DNA from: a virus
IMG/VR virus record: IMGVR_UViG_3300032272_000002
Span: 1-64,000 of that record
Direction: 5' to 3' (one strand)
Length of the DNA stretch: 64,000 nucleotides
Made by a program: the position numbers and the translations under genes
Notes under the pieces: model-generated
Databases searched by the model: none
Seen by the model: only the letters and a program-made list of their open reading frames with translations
Told to the model about the DNA's origin: nothing
Part shown: piece by piece, positions 20,960 through 31,458 of the stretch
Numbering within the stretch: the first letter of the stretch is position 1
Layout: every line of letters starts with the position of its first letter

Positions 20960-21166
20960 CTAAAGTATACCCTCTAATTCGAAGGCTGCTTCCTTTCTTG
21001 CGATTTCTTTGTCCACAAGAGGTATAAGCCTTTGCACCTCTTCGGTCCAGTGCCTCAGCCTGTTTATCGCCCAGTGAGTGTCCATATACTGGACAGCGGT
21101 GCGACGGTACTCTTCCGCTCGTGACTTCTCAGCCACCGCGTGGCGATATTGCTCGGTGATAGTCAT
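20960..21166 (-). CDS. hypothetical protein with FELEGIL tag variant
   Basis: Ends AAFELEGIL*; the only tagged gene on the minus strand. Confidence 0.65.
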   Translation of the reverse strand: MTITEQYRHAVAEKSRAEEYRRTAVQYMDTHWAINRLRHWTEEVQRLIPLVDKEIARKEAAFELEGIL

Positions 21167-22067
21167 GATCTCGGTCCCAGCTTCAAGCTTAGCAGGGTCT
21201 GGCACGTCGGGCAAGTCTTGATGCCCTTTTCCTGTGGCACTTGGTGCCCCTTGGGGCATTCGATAGCGATGACTACTCTCATGCTGTTATTATAACGCTC
21301 TCCGAGCGTTTGTCAACTCAAAAATCCCAACCAATGGCCAGAAATTTCTTCCAGAAACAGATTTTGAGACTCATGGAATATTTGCAGGCAACAATTTCAA
21401 TACCCACTTTTTCTATGCCAGTGTCTCGCCACCAGATCCAGGGAATTAGACGGTCGATTTTCATATCATATGTATAACCTTGAGCGTAGCGAAATGCAAG
21501 CTAGAAATAGAAGAAATATATACCACACATAGGACGGCGTGTACTCGCTCGTGTGCGAAGATCGCGGCGGCCAACGTGGCTAAGCCACGCACTAAAAACT
21601 ATCGTGCAGCATAGGGCCGTATGGCCCCGCTGGTCAGTCTGCTAGCGACGTTGAATCGCGACATTCTTTCCGGTCGCGTACGCTGCTTTGCCTAGGTCGG
21701 TGTTGTGGCCGGAAAGCCCGTACACTTGGCCCTTGTACTCGATGGCCCCAGGGAGCTTCCTAGGGTCGTTCTCGGGCATCGGAACGTCGATGTAGTCCCC
21801 GAAGAAACCCGTGTACTCGGCCAGAACGGGAATTGCGTTGGCGATTGCTTTTGCTTTCATGCTAGTATAATACCGCACTAGGCTAGAAATGCAAGGACAA
21901 AATAAAAAGGCCCGCCAGGAATATTTCACCTTGACGGGCCTACCGGCGGGATTGGGCGTTGACCCGTGTACCCTAACAGAGCCCGGCGTACGACCGCTCT
22001 CCGTGTATTGTACCGAACCCATAGGGCCGGGTGCTCCCCGCTTGCGTCGATACGTGCTCTCGTTGTT

Positions 22068-22230
22068 TGGAGGCTCTGGCAGGATTCGAACCCGCGACGG
22101 GTGGACATATGCTTCGTCAAGCGACCCACCCGATACCATCTTCGCAACCTACATCGTCAGGCTTGCGGCCCTCGTGACTTCTGATCCCCCAGTAGAGCTA
22201 TAGTTCCTGGGTTCGGTGCGATTCAGAGCC
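22068..22230 (-). ncRNA. 163-nt tRNA-like RNA (acceptor stem, T arm and CCA; non-tRNA interior)
   Basis: 5' GGCTCTG pairs with CAGAGCC-T-CCA; T arm GCGGG-TTCGAAT-CCTGC; TATTCT -10 box just upstream. Confidence 0.7.
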
Positions 22231-22605
22231 ACCATAGAATACCATCGTATGCGGGAGATGCGAGAACCAAATGGATTCTTTGAATAGAAATAAGTGCATA
22301 CCCTGGAACGCTCTGGGCTCGCGTATGCGGGAGAATGGCGGCGGCCCGCGTGGCTAAGCTACCTGCCCAAAAAATGAGGGCGATACGGGCGAGCCTAGGG
22401 CCCGCCCGGTGGCCGCTAGGCCCGAGCTACGTGGAAACGATTTCCAGCCACGATTTCGAGTCCGTGGCCGTCCAGTCCTCCCGGAAAGCTTTTCCTTGTC
22501 CGATGGACCAGGCAAGTTCTTCCGTGGGGGAATCGAATTCCCAGTAGGTAAGACTTTCCTCATCGTCCAGCCAGAGAATGTAAAACCTATATCTTTTCAT
22601 GGTTT

Positions 22606-23238
22606 TTAGTGGGCGTTGTAGTTGACGGAAGGAACTTCCGCATCCCAGCAGGCTCGGCAATTTTTGCACTCGTTACCTTGCTCGCTGGCGGGACACTGGA
22701 AACCGTTTCCGGCCCCGACCGTGGACTGAGGGTAGGAAGAATCTTCCACCGCTTCCTGTCCGATCATGGCCATGGAAATTCTTACCACAAGGTTGGAAGG
22801 AATTTCACCCTCGAATGAGCGAACAATCTTCCGCTCCCGTGTCGGGAGCCAGAACCGGATGGTGGGAAGTTCTTTCGCGATCTCGACGATCTTGGAAAGA
22901 TGTTCCACACTCTGGAGGTCGCCGCTATCGTGCCAGCGGAAAACTCTTCCTGCCCCCGTAGCCTTGCGGTACTTCTTTCCGATCAGCTCGACCATCAGGG
23001 AAACCCATTCCGGCTTGGAAATCGCTTCCAGTCGCCTTTCCTGGGCAGCTTTCACCACCGGAAAAACGTACATACCCTTGAGTGCGTAGCAGGAAGAACA
23101 TACCGTGTTCGCTTGCTTCGCCAGGATCTGACCGAGAAGACATTTCCACGCGGGGATCCCGTATGCGAAACCGGGCATTTTACTCGGCTTGGACAATCCG
23201 CCCACGGCGGCCTCAAGCTCTTTTATCGTTCGCTTCAT
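22606..23238 (-). CDS. gp88-like phage protein (Cys-rich, radical-SAM-like)
   Basis: SKMPG, CSSCYA, FRWHDSGD, FWLPTRE, CPA...CKNCRACW. Confidence 0.75.
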   Translation of the reverse strand: MKRTIKELEAAVGGLSKPSKMPGFAYGIPAWKCLLGQILAKQANTVCSSCYALKGMYVFPVVKAAQERRLEAISKPEWVSLMVELIGKKYRKATGAGRVFRWHDSGDLQSVEHLSKIVEIAKELPTIRFWLPTRERKIVRSFEGEIPSNLVVRISMAMIGQEAVEDSSYPQSTVGAGNGFQCPASEQGNECKNCRACWDAEVPSVNYNAH

Positions 23239-23796
23239 GCCCAAAGATACCGCACTAGGGGCGAGATGCAAACGGGAAATGAGAAAATAGAATAGAAATA
23301 TCTTCCACGTCCAGGAGCCTCTCTCCTCGCCTCTCCGCGAGGCGGCCCCGGCCCGCGTGGCTAAGCTACCTGCGAAAAATGAAGTGCCAGCACGGACGAG
23401 TACAGGCGATCTGGAGAATTCCCTTGACTCTTGCCGTGGGAAGGATATACTTGGGTATGAAGACTCTTCTCTGCCAGACTGGCAGGGTAGTAGTTTCCAT
23501 GCCGTTTTGGCAGGGGAAAATTTTTCCTGCCGTTATGGCGGGAAGTTTTTTCCGGGAAAAGATTGCCGGGTGTACCCTTATATATATACGTTAAGGGGGA
23601 TTCTCACACTTCTACGGTTTTCTACTCTTCGACCTTGCCGCGACACTTGTTGCGGTCAGCTTCCTTCTTGCGGTCAGTGAAGGTACGGGCACGGCCCCGC
23701 GTAGCGGCTGCCATGCCCGACCCCGTTCGTTTCACACGTTCTGCGGCGTCAGGCAGTTGCTTCTTTGCTTTCTTCTTCATGACACCGAATAGTACC

Positions 23797-24093
23797 CTAC
23801 TTTTTGAGTTGGGGCAAGGCTTCTTCTACGATTTTCATGCAGCGAGCCTCGACTTCCTCCATGCGTGCCAGGATCTCCGGGCCAGTGATCTCCAATCCGG
23901 TCTCGCCCAGGATCGTGTCAGGGAGCCGCTGGGCGGCGTGCTTGAGTTGTGCGAAGTAACCCGTGATGACCCATCGTTCGGCCTTGGGCTGGCCTGCGGT
24001 GCGTCCACGCTTGGCGATCTCGCCGCCAGCTTCGAACCGCTCGATGACCCAGTTGTTTTCGTCCGCTTTGCGGATCCTGAATTTCTCTTTCAT
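23797..24093 (-). CDS. hypothetical protein, leaderless
   Basis: TATCAT-TCTATC-ATG. Confidence 0.6.
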   Translation of the reverse strand: MKEKFRIRKADENNWVIERFEAGGEIAKRGRTAGQPKAERWVITGYFAQLKHAAQRLPDTILGETGLEITGPEILARMEEVEARCMKIVEEALPQLKK

Positions 24094-24141
24094 GATAGAA
24101 TGATACCCTGGCCAAGCGAGTTGGCCAGGGCTTTCTTGGAT

Positions 24142-24357
24142 TTATTCGTCAGACGGTCCCCAAGCGAACTCGGCATTGCCCGCCACGATGGTCCAGTGGC
24201 CTGCATCATTGGCCACGGCATCCTTCTCCATCAGGTCGGTGGTGATGGCCCAGGTGATGAGGACCAGCATGAAGGCCAGCAGGGCGGCTATGACCGCAAC
24301 TACGATGCCATTCTCGAAGCCAGCCTTGCGAACGTTATCAGCGGTGTCTATATTCAT
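24142..24357 (-). CDS. small membrane protein
   Basis: One long hydrophobic helix. Confidence 0.6.
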   Translation of the reverse strand: MNIDTADNVRKAGFENGIVVAVIAALLAFMLVLITWAITTDLMEKDAVANDAGHWTIVAGNAEFAWGPSDE

Positions 24358-24721
24358 CTTCTTTTCTCAGGTGTTCTCGTTTCTCAACTATTCTAGTATA
24401 ACATGGTGAGCTGAGAATGCAAACAAAAAAGGGCCGGGAATTTCTTCCCGACCCCGTGTGGTCAGTCTGGCTTCCAGAGCCCTACATATTCTAGGAACAT
24501 TCCCAGAAAACCGAGTCCGAAGATCATCAGTGTGATAACCAGCAGAATCCAGCCGGTTGCCTTCCAATTGTCAACGTTCTCGTCGGAGTCTGGAGCAGAA
24601 AAAAAGGACTGGTAAACTTGGGGCGGTGCTCCCCGTGAGGAGCCCCGTTTCCATTGGATTGAACCCATTGGTACCTGTAGAGTACCCCCGCCCCTGGGGA
24701 GAGGCGAGGGCTTTCTGGGAT

Positions 24722-25720
24722 TTAGTTCCCCGTCTTGTTGGCCACGAAAGCGTCCAGGAGGCCCAGGGCTCGCTTCTCGCGGCTGCCCCTGGTACCCTCC
24801 AGGAGACCGATCATGATGTCGTCAGCGTCGAGCTTGGACTTCTCAGCGGTGTAGTGCGAGCCGACCCAGGTCACCCCGTGGTACATGTCGGCGGCGGACT
24901 TGCCGAAGGTGCCGAATCGCGGCATGTTGAAGGCATCCAGGAAAGCGGCCCGGAGGTTACGCTTCTGTGCCTTGAGTTCCTCGCCCGTGCGGATCTTGAG
25001 CAGGGTATCGACGAACACCTCGGCCTCGCCGTGGCTCATCGGAACGTCGCCCAGCGTACCCAGGCGATTGGCCAGGGTTTGCATGAGCTTCCGAAGCTCG
25101 GCCCAGCGGCTCATGGCCAGGGCGTACTTGTCTCGCACGTCGCCACGGTGGACGATGCGGAACCCGCTGACCTCCGCGATAGCGGTGTAGAGCGAACTGG
25201 ACACGGTACGCTCCAGGAAGAGCATGGCGGCGGCAGAGCCTCGCCCGTGGTAGTTGCGAGCCACAAGGTAGGCCCGGTAGACCTCGCCCAGACGCTCCTG
25301 GAAGGGGTCAGCGTCGGTCAGGTTGAGACGCAGGGCGATAGCCTCCACGTTCTCCACGCATCCCTGACGAATCTTGAAGGCCGAATCCGGAACGGCCAGA
25401 CCTTCCTCGATGAAGGGCGTGAGATCCTTCGCCATGTCCAGGGGAGAAATTTCCCCATACTGACGCGAGACGGTCATGGGCGAAACAACTGCCCGATCCG
25501 AGTCCCGCTGGATCACGTACTGGTTTTCGACACGCTCGGAGCCGAGGACCGGGGTAGAGTTCTGGATCTGCCAGCTAGGAATGCTGACCTGAACTTTCTT
25601 CACCCCGTAGTTCATTTCCCTGGCAGCAAGGAATTCCGGCAGGTTGTCGATCTCCTCGGTGTTGTGACCGAGAGAGAAGAAGGATGCTCCACGGGAGCGG
25701 AAGCGGTCTTGAATGCTCAT
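24722..25720 (-). CDS. DUF932-like phage/plasmid protein
   Basis: YLVARNYHGRGS...IVHRGD...MYHGVT...H pattern of DUF932. Confidence 0.65.
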   Translation of the reverse strand: MSIQDRFRSRGASFFSLGHNTEEIDNLPEFLAAREMNYGVKKVQVSIPSWQIQNSTPVLGSERVENQYVIQRDSDRAVVSPMTVSRQYGEISPLDMAKDLTPFIEEGLAVPDSAFKIRQGCVENVEAIALRLNLTDADPFQERLGEVYRAYLVARNYHGRGSAAAMLFLERTVSSSLYTAIAEVSGFRIVHRGDVRDKYALAMSRWAELRKLMQTLANRLGTLGDVPMSHGEAEVFVDTLLKIRTGEELKAQKRNLRAAFLDAFNMPRFGTFGKSAADMYHGVTWVGSHYTAEKSKLDADDIMIGLLEGTRGSREKRALGLLDAFVANKTGN

Positions 25721-25820
25721 TTTCTTTTTTCCTCTTGAAAGGTTGTTGGGTGGCCCCGTCTTTCGGAACCACCCAATCATACCACGTTCAGGTTTGGAAG
25801 CAACTAGAAAACCGGGTTTC

Positions 25821-26171
25821 TTAGCTGTCTTCGTTTTCGCCGTGCAGGGTCTCGGCGGCCTCGATCAGATCGGCAGGGACCTCGGCCTTGGTGGCCTTGG
25901 CGGCGGCCTTGGTCGCCCGACGCTCGCGGTCGTTGACGAACTTGCGGTGGGCCTGCTCCACGATGCGGTGCAGTTCGGCACCCTTGGAGTTGTGATCCAG
26001 GCCGAACGGGCTCTGGCGGGCCGCAGCCATCTCGGTCAGGCGATCCACCGTCTCCGTGCTGACACGGGTGGGGAATGCCGTCATGGCGACACCGGGCAGG
26101 AAGGTGGACGGACGGCCCACGGGACGCTTGGCGGCGGGAGCTTCTTCGGTCGTGTTCTTTTTGTTCTTCAT
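25821..26171 (-). CDS. putative DNA-binding protein (AT-hook-like GRP plus RHH-like segment)
   Basis: KRPVGRPS followed by TRVSTETVDRLTEMAAA. Confidence 0.45.
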   Translation of the reverse strand: MKNKKNTTEEAPAAKRPVGRPSTFLPGVAMTAFPTRVSTETVDRLTEMAAARQSPFGLDHNSKGAELHRIVEQAHRKFVNDRERRATKAAAKATKAEVPADLIEAAETLHGENEDS

Positions 26172-26532
26172 GGTATTGTCTTTGGTTTGGTTGTGGGGAT
26201 GTCCCCCGGTTGTGCATGTAGAATAGCTGACTCTCCGAGGAATGCAAATAGAAAACCAATATGTTTTGTGGTTGCCCCTCTCCATATATAAGGTAAGGTT
26301 GGACATCATGAGAACGAAAGTTCATTTCATCGACACCGACGATAATAAGGTGGGCGAGTGGACAGCCTCGGATCACGTCCTGGACATCCAGCTTGACGAC
26401 CGGGTTGTAGTATCTGGAAAGCTTTTCCAGGTCATTGCTCGTCGCCCTGTACTCGTGGGAAGTCCTTACGGTGCATATGATCGCATCATTGTCGTTTTTC
26501 CCCTTGACTCTTCTGGAGACTGAGGTATTCTA

Positions 26533-26783
26533 TGGTGTTCGATGGATGTGGCCTCGCTGAGCCTGCAAAGGAATGGTCAGCGTCGGGGGCCGGGACGATA
26601 CAATGGGGGTAGTGCCCGGATCGAACGCCAGAGCGTCAACTCTATAACTGATCCCAAAGCTCGATAGACGATGGAAGTCAAAAGCGTCACTGGACGTAGA
26701 CCAGTATATGGGCTAAAAATTACCCCAGGCGTGGGTGGGCACGCTTGTTGAGATGAGGGAGCCGGGAGAAATTCCGGCTCCCA
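26533..26783 (+). ncRNA. candidate structured small RNA
   Basis: TTGACT...TATTCT promoter; GGTGTTCGAT/ATCGAACGCC helix; terminal GGGAGCCGG/CCGGCTCCC hairpin; no convincing ORF. Confidence 0.4.
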
Positions 26784-27092
26784 CCTTGACACCGACCGAG
26801 AGTAGGGTACAATATAGGTGTAGGGGCATCCATTGAGCCCGACCCCCTACTGGCCGGTGGACTCCCGCTCGCGGTTGAGGCCCCGGCCCCCTTTTTACAG
26901 TAAGGGGAAAATTGACCCTGCTAGAATTTCATAGTAAGGGGATTTTACATGCTTCTAGCATTTTGGGTACTAAAAATCATAGTAAGGGATAATCACACCC
27001 TTCTAGAATTTCACAGCGAGCAAAAGTACCCCCGGTGTTCGGTACGATAGCTACGAAAAAAGCCCCCGGTGTTCCAGAGGGCTTCTTTTGAT

Positions 27093-27169
27093 TGGTAGCG
27101 GGAGCTGGATTCGAACCAACGACCTTCAGGACATGAACCTGACGAGCTGCCATACTGCTCCACCCCGCG
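27093..27169 (-). tRNA. tRNA-Met(CAT), initiator-like
   Basis: Cloverleaf, C1:A72 mismatch, loop TTCATGT, CCA. Confidence 0.9.
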
Positions 27170-27653
27170 ACTATCATACTGTCATGCTGCGAAATACTGT
27201 AAAGGTGTTTTTCCATGAAATCCCTTGAAAGTACGCGAAAGTACGTTAAACTACACAGTCATGTATAAATGGATACACGCTGAGACCGTTTTGAAACGAT
27301 TTGACAACTTTGAAGACGCAATGAGGGCTCTGGATGCCGAAAATGGCGTTGTAGAGACCGAAAGTGGCGTTTTTGTTGCTAAAAAGGACATTAGGATCGT
27401 TTTGGACGAACAATTTGTCTACTAAAAACTAATTCGCAGAGAGTTCTGGACGTGGGCCGATTTGGAGGCAACATAATAGCCTTTCATATATGGTCACGGC
27501 GAACAAAGACCTGGAAACAAGAAATACATATAACATAGAGAGTGGAGCGAGGCGTCCTGAATGGACGCTGAGCGGCCTGTAAAACCCTAGTAAGGGGGCT
27601 TGACTACACTTCTACAGGTGTTATGATCTATCTGTTCAAAGGAGAACACAACT

Positions 27654-27833
27654 ATGAATGAATACTACAATGAAGGCTATGCGGCCTTTTCGGATGGGCT
27701 CGACTACAGCGACAACCCGTACCCCGGTGATTCTACTCGTTGCGAAGAATGGGCAGATGGGTGGACTGCGGCGTCTCTTGAGGATGCTGGTGAGGAGATT
27801 AGTAACGAGGAGAAATATGCGGATTGGATGTAG
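27654..27833 (+). CDS. Rmf/CrpP-fold (ribosome modulation factor-like) small protein, not in the ORF track
   Basis: MNEYYNEGYAAFSDGLDYSDNPYPGDSTRCEEWADGW fits GYxA...NPY...WxxGW; AAGGAG Shine-Dalgarno. Confidence 0.6.
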   Translation: MNEYYNEGYAAFSDGLDYSDNPYPGDSTRCEEWADGWTAASLEDAGEEISNEEKYADWM

Positions 27834-28898
27834 TTAAGATTTAGTATAAGAAATGTGTGTGTGCGGAGCACGTACGATTCATATACCCCAGCCACCCAAG
27901 CTATGAAGATCCCCGACAAATACAACCCAATAATCATCTACCTCTACCTCCGCATGATCGGCGTCCACCCTCTCTGGTTTGTTGCTTTTCTCCTTATAGG
28001 TTTTCTATTGGGGAAGGTACTGTGAAAAATATAAAACATAATAACTGACATTACGCATGTTTTTCAGTTAACGTCAGGCCGCGTGGTCAGTACAGAGGCA
28101 ACCATACCGACTACCGCCAAAATCGCCCTCTCAGTATTAACTGGTACTTTGTTGTGGACTCTTGTGACATCTTAGTTGTATCCTATCTGGTATGAGTAAC
28201 CTCTCTGTAAAAGCTATTCGCGGTGCTTGCTGCAAGTCCGTCGCCGTGGTATTCTCTAATCGTCAAGAGGTGCTATTGCCTAGGCATATAGTGATTCGCC
28301 TCTTAGGGAAAACTCGTTTCAATCGGCTGGCAAAAGATAAAAGATATGGTACTACGAAAGCCTGACCACGTACAGCGTGCTCGTACGCTCACCAAGCTGG
28401 ACCCACAGGATCAGCTTGCTATCGTGGGCGACCTCATCGCCATTCGTGACGAGTTTATCGCTCGCGGCCCGTGGGATCTACACCCAGACATCGGAAATCC
28501 TCGCATCGAAAGAATGCTCTGTCACTACTGCGGTTGTGAGCAGGGTAATCCTCATGAGAGTAAATGCTGGTGGCTTGAAATAGAGATATAAAATATGTTT
28601 ACAATCATCGCAACCATCCTGTTCGTGCTGCTCTTTCTCATCTGGCGACGCAGCAACTTTCTAAACCTTTGCATCAAAGGAATCTTCCTCGGCATGTCTG
28701 TGTGGGGAGCTTTCCTGGTGCTCAAGGATTTCGGCTACCTAATTAAAACATAATGCATTACATAGTCGTCTATCTTGGGTACTACGATTCTGTTGAGCCT
28801 CTTGGCTGCAAGCAATTCATGTCGTTGTCTGAGGCTAAAGAATTCATCGAGCAAGAAGGCATCACTGACTACCATGTTATCAGCGGTAAACTCATCAG

Positions 28899-29138
28899 GT
28901 GAAAGACTATATAACAGGCACGGTGATTTGTGCTAGTCGGGGCGGTTGGTATGTCAGTATTCAGGCTTTAAGAATAACACATGAAGTACAAGGGACTCAT
29001 GCTGATGCTCTTTTTGCTGCAAAATGCATACTCACGGGTGCGGGATACAATAAATTTAAACCATCAATTGGCGTGAACGGTAGAACACCCTTTGAAGCAT
29101 GGCGGCCTCACACGTTTGAACTAGAAGGTGCCCTCTGA
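28899..29138 (+). CDS. hypothetical protein with FELEGAL tag
   Basis: Ends HTFELEGAL*. Confidence 0.7.
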   Translation: MKDYITGTVICASRGGWYVSIQALRITHEVQGTHADALFAAKCILTGAGYNKFKPSIGVNGRTPFEAWRPHTFELEGAL

Positions 29139-29395
29139 TGTTTATTGAAATCGAAGTCGATTGGCACGGTGCAGTTGTGCCCGAGCAGTACACACCCGAT
29201 CCCAGGGTTATCTGCATAAATATTAATGCTATCGAGGAGTTCTATTACCACAAGACTAAGGACGGCAGGCACTATACGCTTGTAGCATCGAGACGCAGCG
29301 AAGATTCGTTTTGGTACTCGACAGAGACGTATGATTCAATTCGCGAGAAGATCACTCAAGTACGAGACAAGTTTCGCTTGACAGGGCCGCTCTAG
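29138..29395 (+). CDS. hypothetical protein with FRLTGPL tag variant
   Basis: Ends DKFRLTGPL*. Confidence 0.7.
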   Translation: MFIEIEVDWHGAVVPEQYTPDPRVICININAIEEFYYHKTKDGRHYTLVASRRSEDSFWYSTETYDSIREKITQVRDKFRLTGPL

Positions 29396-30075
29396 AAAGA
29401 TATACTAAGGCATGAGTAATATTTATATCGGAGCACGTACTGAAACGGATGATGGCCCTGGCGAGGTCGTTGACGTTTTCCAGAAGAAAGACGAATTGTT
29501 TGCCGAAGTGCGGCTGGATAGCGGTCCCCGCATCTTCATGGCCATCGAACGCACGCAATTCCCCGCAGAAGCCGAAGAAGAAGAAACCTCCCTATGATGC
29601 AGAATTTTCTTATGACACTGTGTTTCGTGGTTATTTTAATCGCGAGCAACCTCATACTCTTGAGGACAGCACTTGGTATCATACAAAAGAGCATCATGTT
29701 GCGATTAGTCGTAGCGAAGAAATCTCAACTGATTGGCGGCGATGCCGACGAATTCCTGCGTCTAGAGGGCGAAATTAGAGCTTATGAACGAATCCTCAAA
29801 GAAGGCCCTGCAAGCCCTCGCTGACGCCCACTGTCAGATATTTCTGAACAACGCAATAGCGGTGGCCGACGCGGTTCTTGAGGATGCGAAGAAACGCAGC
29901 CTACACGCACCCACTGTCGAATATTACAGAGGGCAGAAACTAATTGCCGAACAAATCCTCCTCATCCTGGACGGGAAAGAACTTCCTGACGATGGTTTCT
30001 TGAACGCTGTCATTGACAAGGGCAAGCTCAAGGTGTATGATGAAGATGGAGAACGGATAGAACTGGTCTTTGGCG

Positions 30076-30354
30076 ATGACGTTGACTGAAATACAAAAAA
30101 GAAAAATGCATGCCATCATCAACAAATCAATGCAGATGCATGTAGACAGCATTCCGGATGGCAAGTGGAAGACCGCCAAACGAGAAGAGGTTGATATTGT
30201 AGATATGGAGAATGGCCATCTTCGTAATACAATGAATATGCTGAAACGCAAGAAGCTAGATAAGCACAGGAAATACGCCGAGCTAGAAGAAGAGGCGAAG
30301 GCTAGGGGATGGACGCTTGACGCGGACGAATTCTTACTTGAGGGCGGACTATGA
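30076..30354 (+). CDS. hypothetical protein with FLLEGGL tag variant
   Basis: Ends DEFLLEGGL*. Confidence 0.7.
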   Translation: MTLTEIQKRKMHAIINKSMQMHVDSIPDGKWKTAKREEVDIVDMENGHLRNTMNMLKRKKLDKHRKYAELEEEAKARGWTLDADEFLLEGGL

Positions 30355-30560
30355 ACCCTGACGATATTTACCAGCACAACATCAAATTCGACATCGAATA
30401 TCTAGCCAACAGCATGGGCAAGAGTGAGATCTGGGATGCGACGTTGAAAGAATACGAAAGAATCCTAAACGCTGCCCCTCGACAATCTGCCCAAATCTTT
30501 GTAGAAGAAGAACCAACCAACGTGCTCGATGAGCCGTTCGAGCTAGGTGGAGCACTATAA
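30351..30560 (+). CDS. hypothetical protein with FELGGAL tag
   Basis: Ends EPFELGGAL*. Confidence 0.75.
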   Translation: MNPDDIYQHNIKFDIEYLANSMGKSEIWDATLKEYERILNAAPRQSAQIFVEEEPTNVLDEPFELGGAL

Positions 30561-31222
30561 TGAAAATCATCGCCGTTAGCGACACGCACGAATCGTTCCA
30601 TGTTCCGGAGGATATGCCTGAGGGCGACGTGCTAGTTCATGCTGGTGATATTACCAACATGGGCTACAAGCACGCTATCAAGCAGTTTGCCGAGTGGCTC
30701 AAGAGTATCGAGCATAAGTACGATGAGATAGTCGTGATCGCAGGTAATCATGACTTTCTATTCGAAGAAAACCCCATGGAGGCTCAGGGTATACTACGTG
30801 AATATGGACCTCATAACCTGCATTATCTACAAGATGAATCGTTTGTCTACCATCATCTCGAAAGTGATAAAGAATATAAGTTCTATGGATCGCCGTGGAC
30901 GCCTCGGTTCCATGATTGGGCCTTCAATGTGAATCGTGGCGTTTTAATTGCTGCAAAGTGGCAGATGATCCCTGGCGATACTGATGTACTTATCACACAT
31001 GGCCCGCCCCATGGCATTCTGGATCCTGGACGTGGCGAAGAACACGTAGGCTGCGAAGAATTATTGAAGTGGATGCCGTCTGGTGTAAAAGCTCACATTT
31101 TCGGGCACTGTCACGGTGGCTATGGTAGAGTTATGCGTGCAAGCACTCTGCACGTCAACGCGGCGTGCTGCGACGAAATGCACGGACTGAATCGGTCACC
31201 GCAAATTATTTCAATCCCATGA
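30560..31222 (+). CDS. calcineurin-like metallophosphoesterase
   Basis: SDTH, HAGD, AGNHD, ITHGPP and FGHCH motifs. Confidence 0.92.
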   Translation: MKIIAVSDTHESFHVPEDMPEGDVLVHAGDITNMGYKHAIKQFAEWLKSIEHKYDEIVVIAGNHDFLFEENPMEAQGILREYGPHNLHYLQDESFVYHHLESDKEYKFYGSPWTPRFHDWAFNVNRGVLIAAKWQMIPGDTDVLITHGPPHGILDPGRGEEHVGCEELLKWMPSGVKAHIFGHCHGGYGRVMRASTLHVNAACCDEMHGLNRSPQIISIP

Positions 31223-31458
31223 AAGAGCACGAACAAAGATCTTGGTACGAAGGAACTCACTATGACCGCTGGCGTCGTAGCAAGGGAGACTTCATCAGTG
31301 TGGACAAGATGGCAAAATTCCATCTCATTAGTGCTGCCAAAAAGCTGGTCAGGCTGGACATGACCGATCTTGAGGTTTATGCTGGCATTTGTCAGCGTTT
31401 ACGCGACTCCCGCAAGGATGGCGAGATCTACGAGTTCGAGCTTGGCGGTGCCCTGTGA
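31219..31458 (+). CDS. hypothetical protein with FELGGAL tag
   Basis: Ends YEFELGGAL*. Confidence 0.75.
   Translation: MKEHEQRSWYEGTHYDRWRRSKGDFISVDKMAKFHLISAAKKLVRLDMTDLEVYAGICQRLRDSRKDGEIYEFELGGAL

Larger units (their letters stand above)
13983..23370. repeat. dispersed bipartite intergenic element, 12 copies: TGTACTGCCCCGTATG-like box plus CGTRGC-TWA-GCYAC(G/C) palindrome
   Basis: Palindrome cores start at 14018, 14452, 15306, 15919, 16631, 17415, 17884, 18549, 19312, 21575, 22349, 23356; the upstream box starts 35 nt earlier (34 nt in one copy, degenerate in the last). Confidence 0.92.

Noticed and set aside
13983-23370. CRISPR array or integron attC array
   Set aside because: Units are 0.4-2.3 kb apart with promoter-bearing genes between them; no cas gene or integrase in the window; no RYYYAAC/GTTRRRY ends.
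24557-25738. 393-aa plus-strand ORF (also 14477-15199 +, 23563-24396 +, 32669-33418 -, 46211-46930 -)
   Set aside because: Antisense shadows of recognisable genes on the opposite strand.
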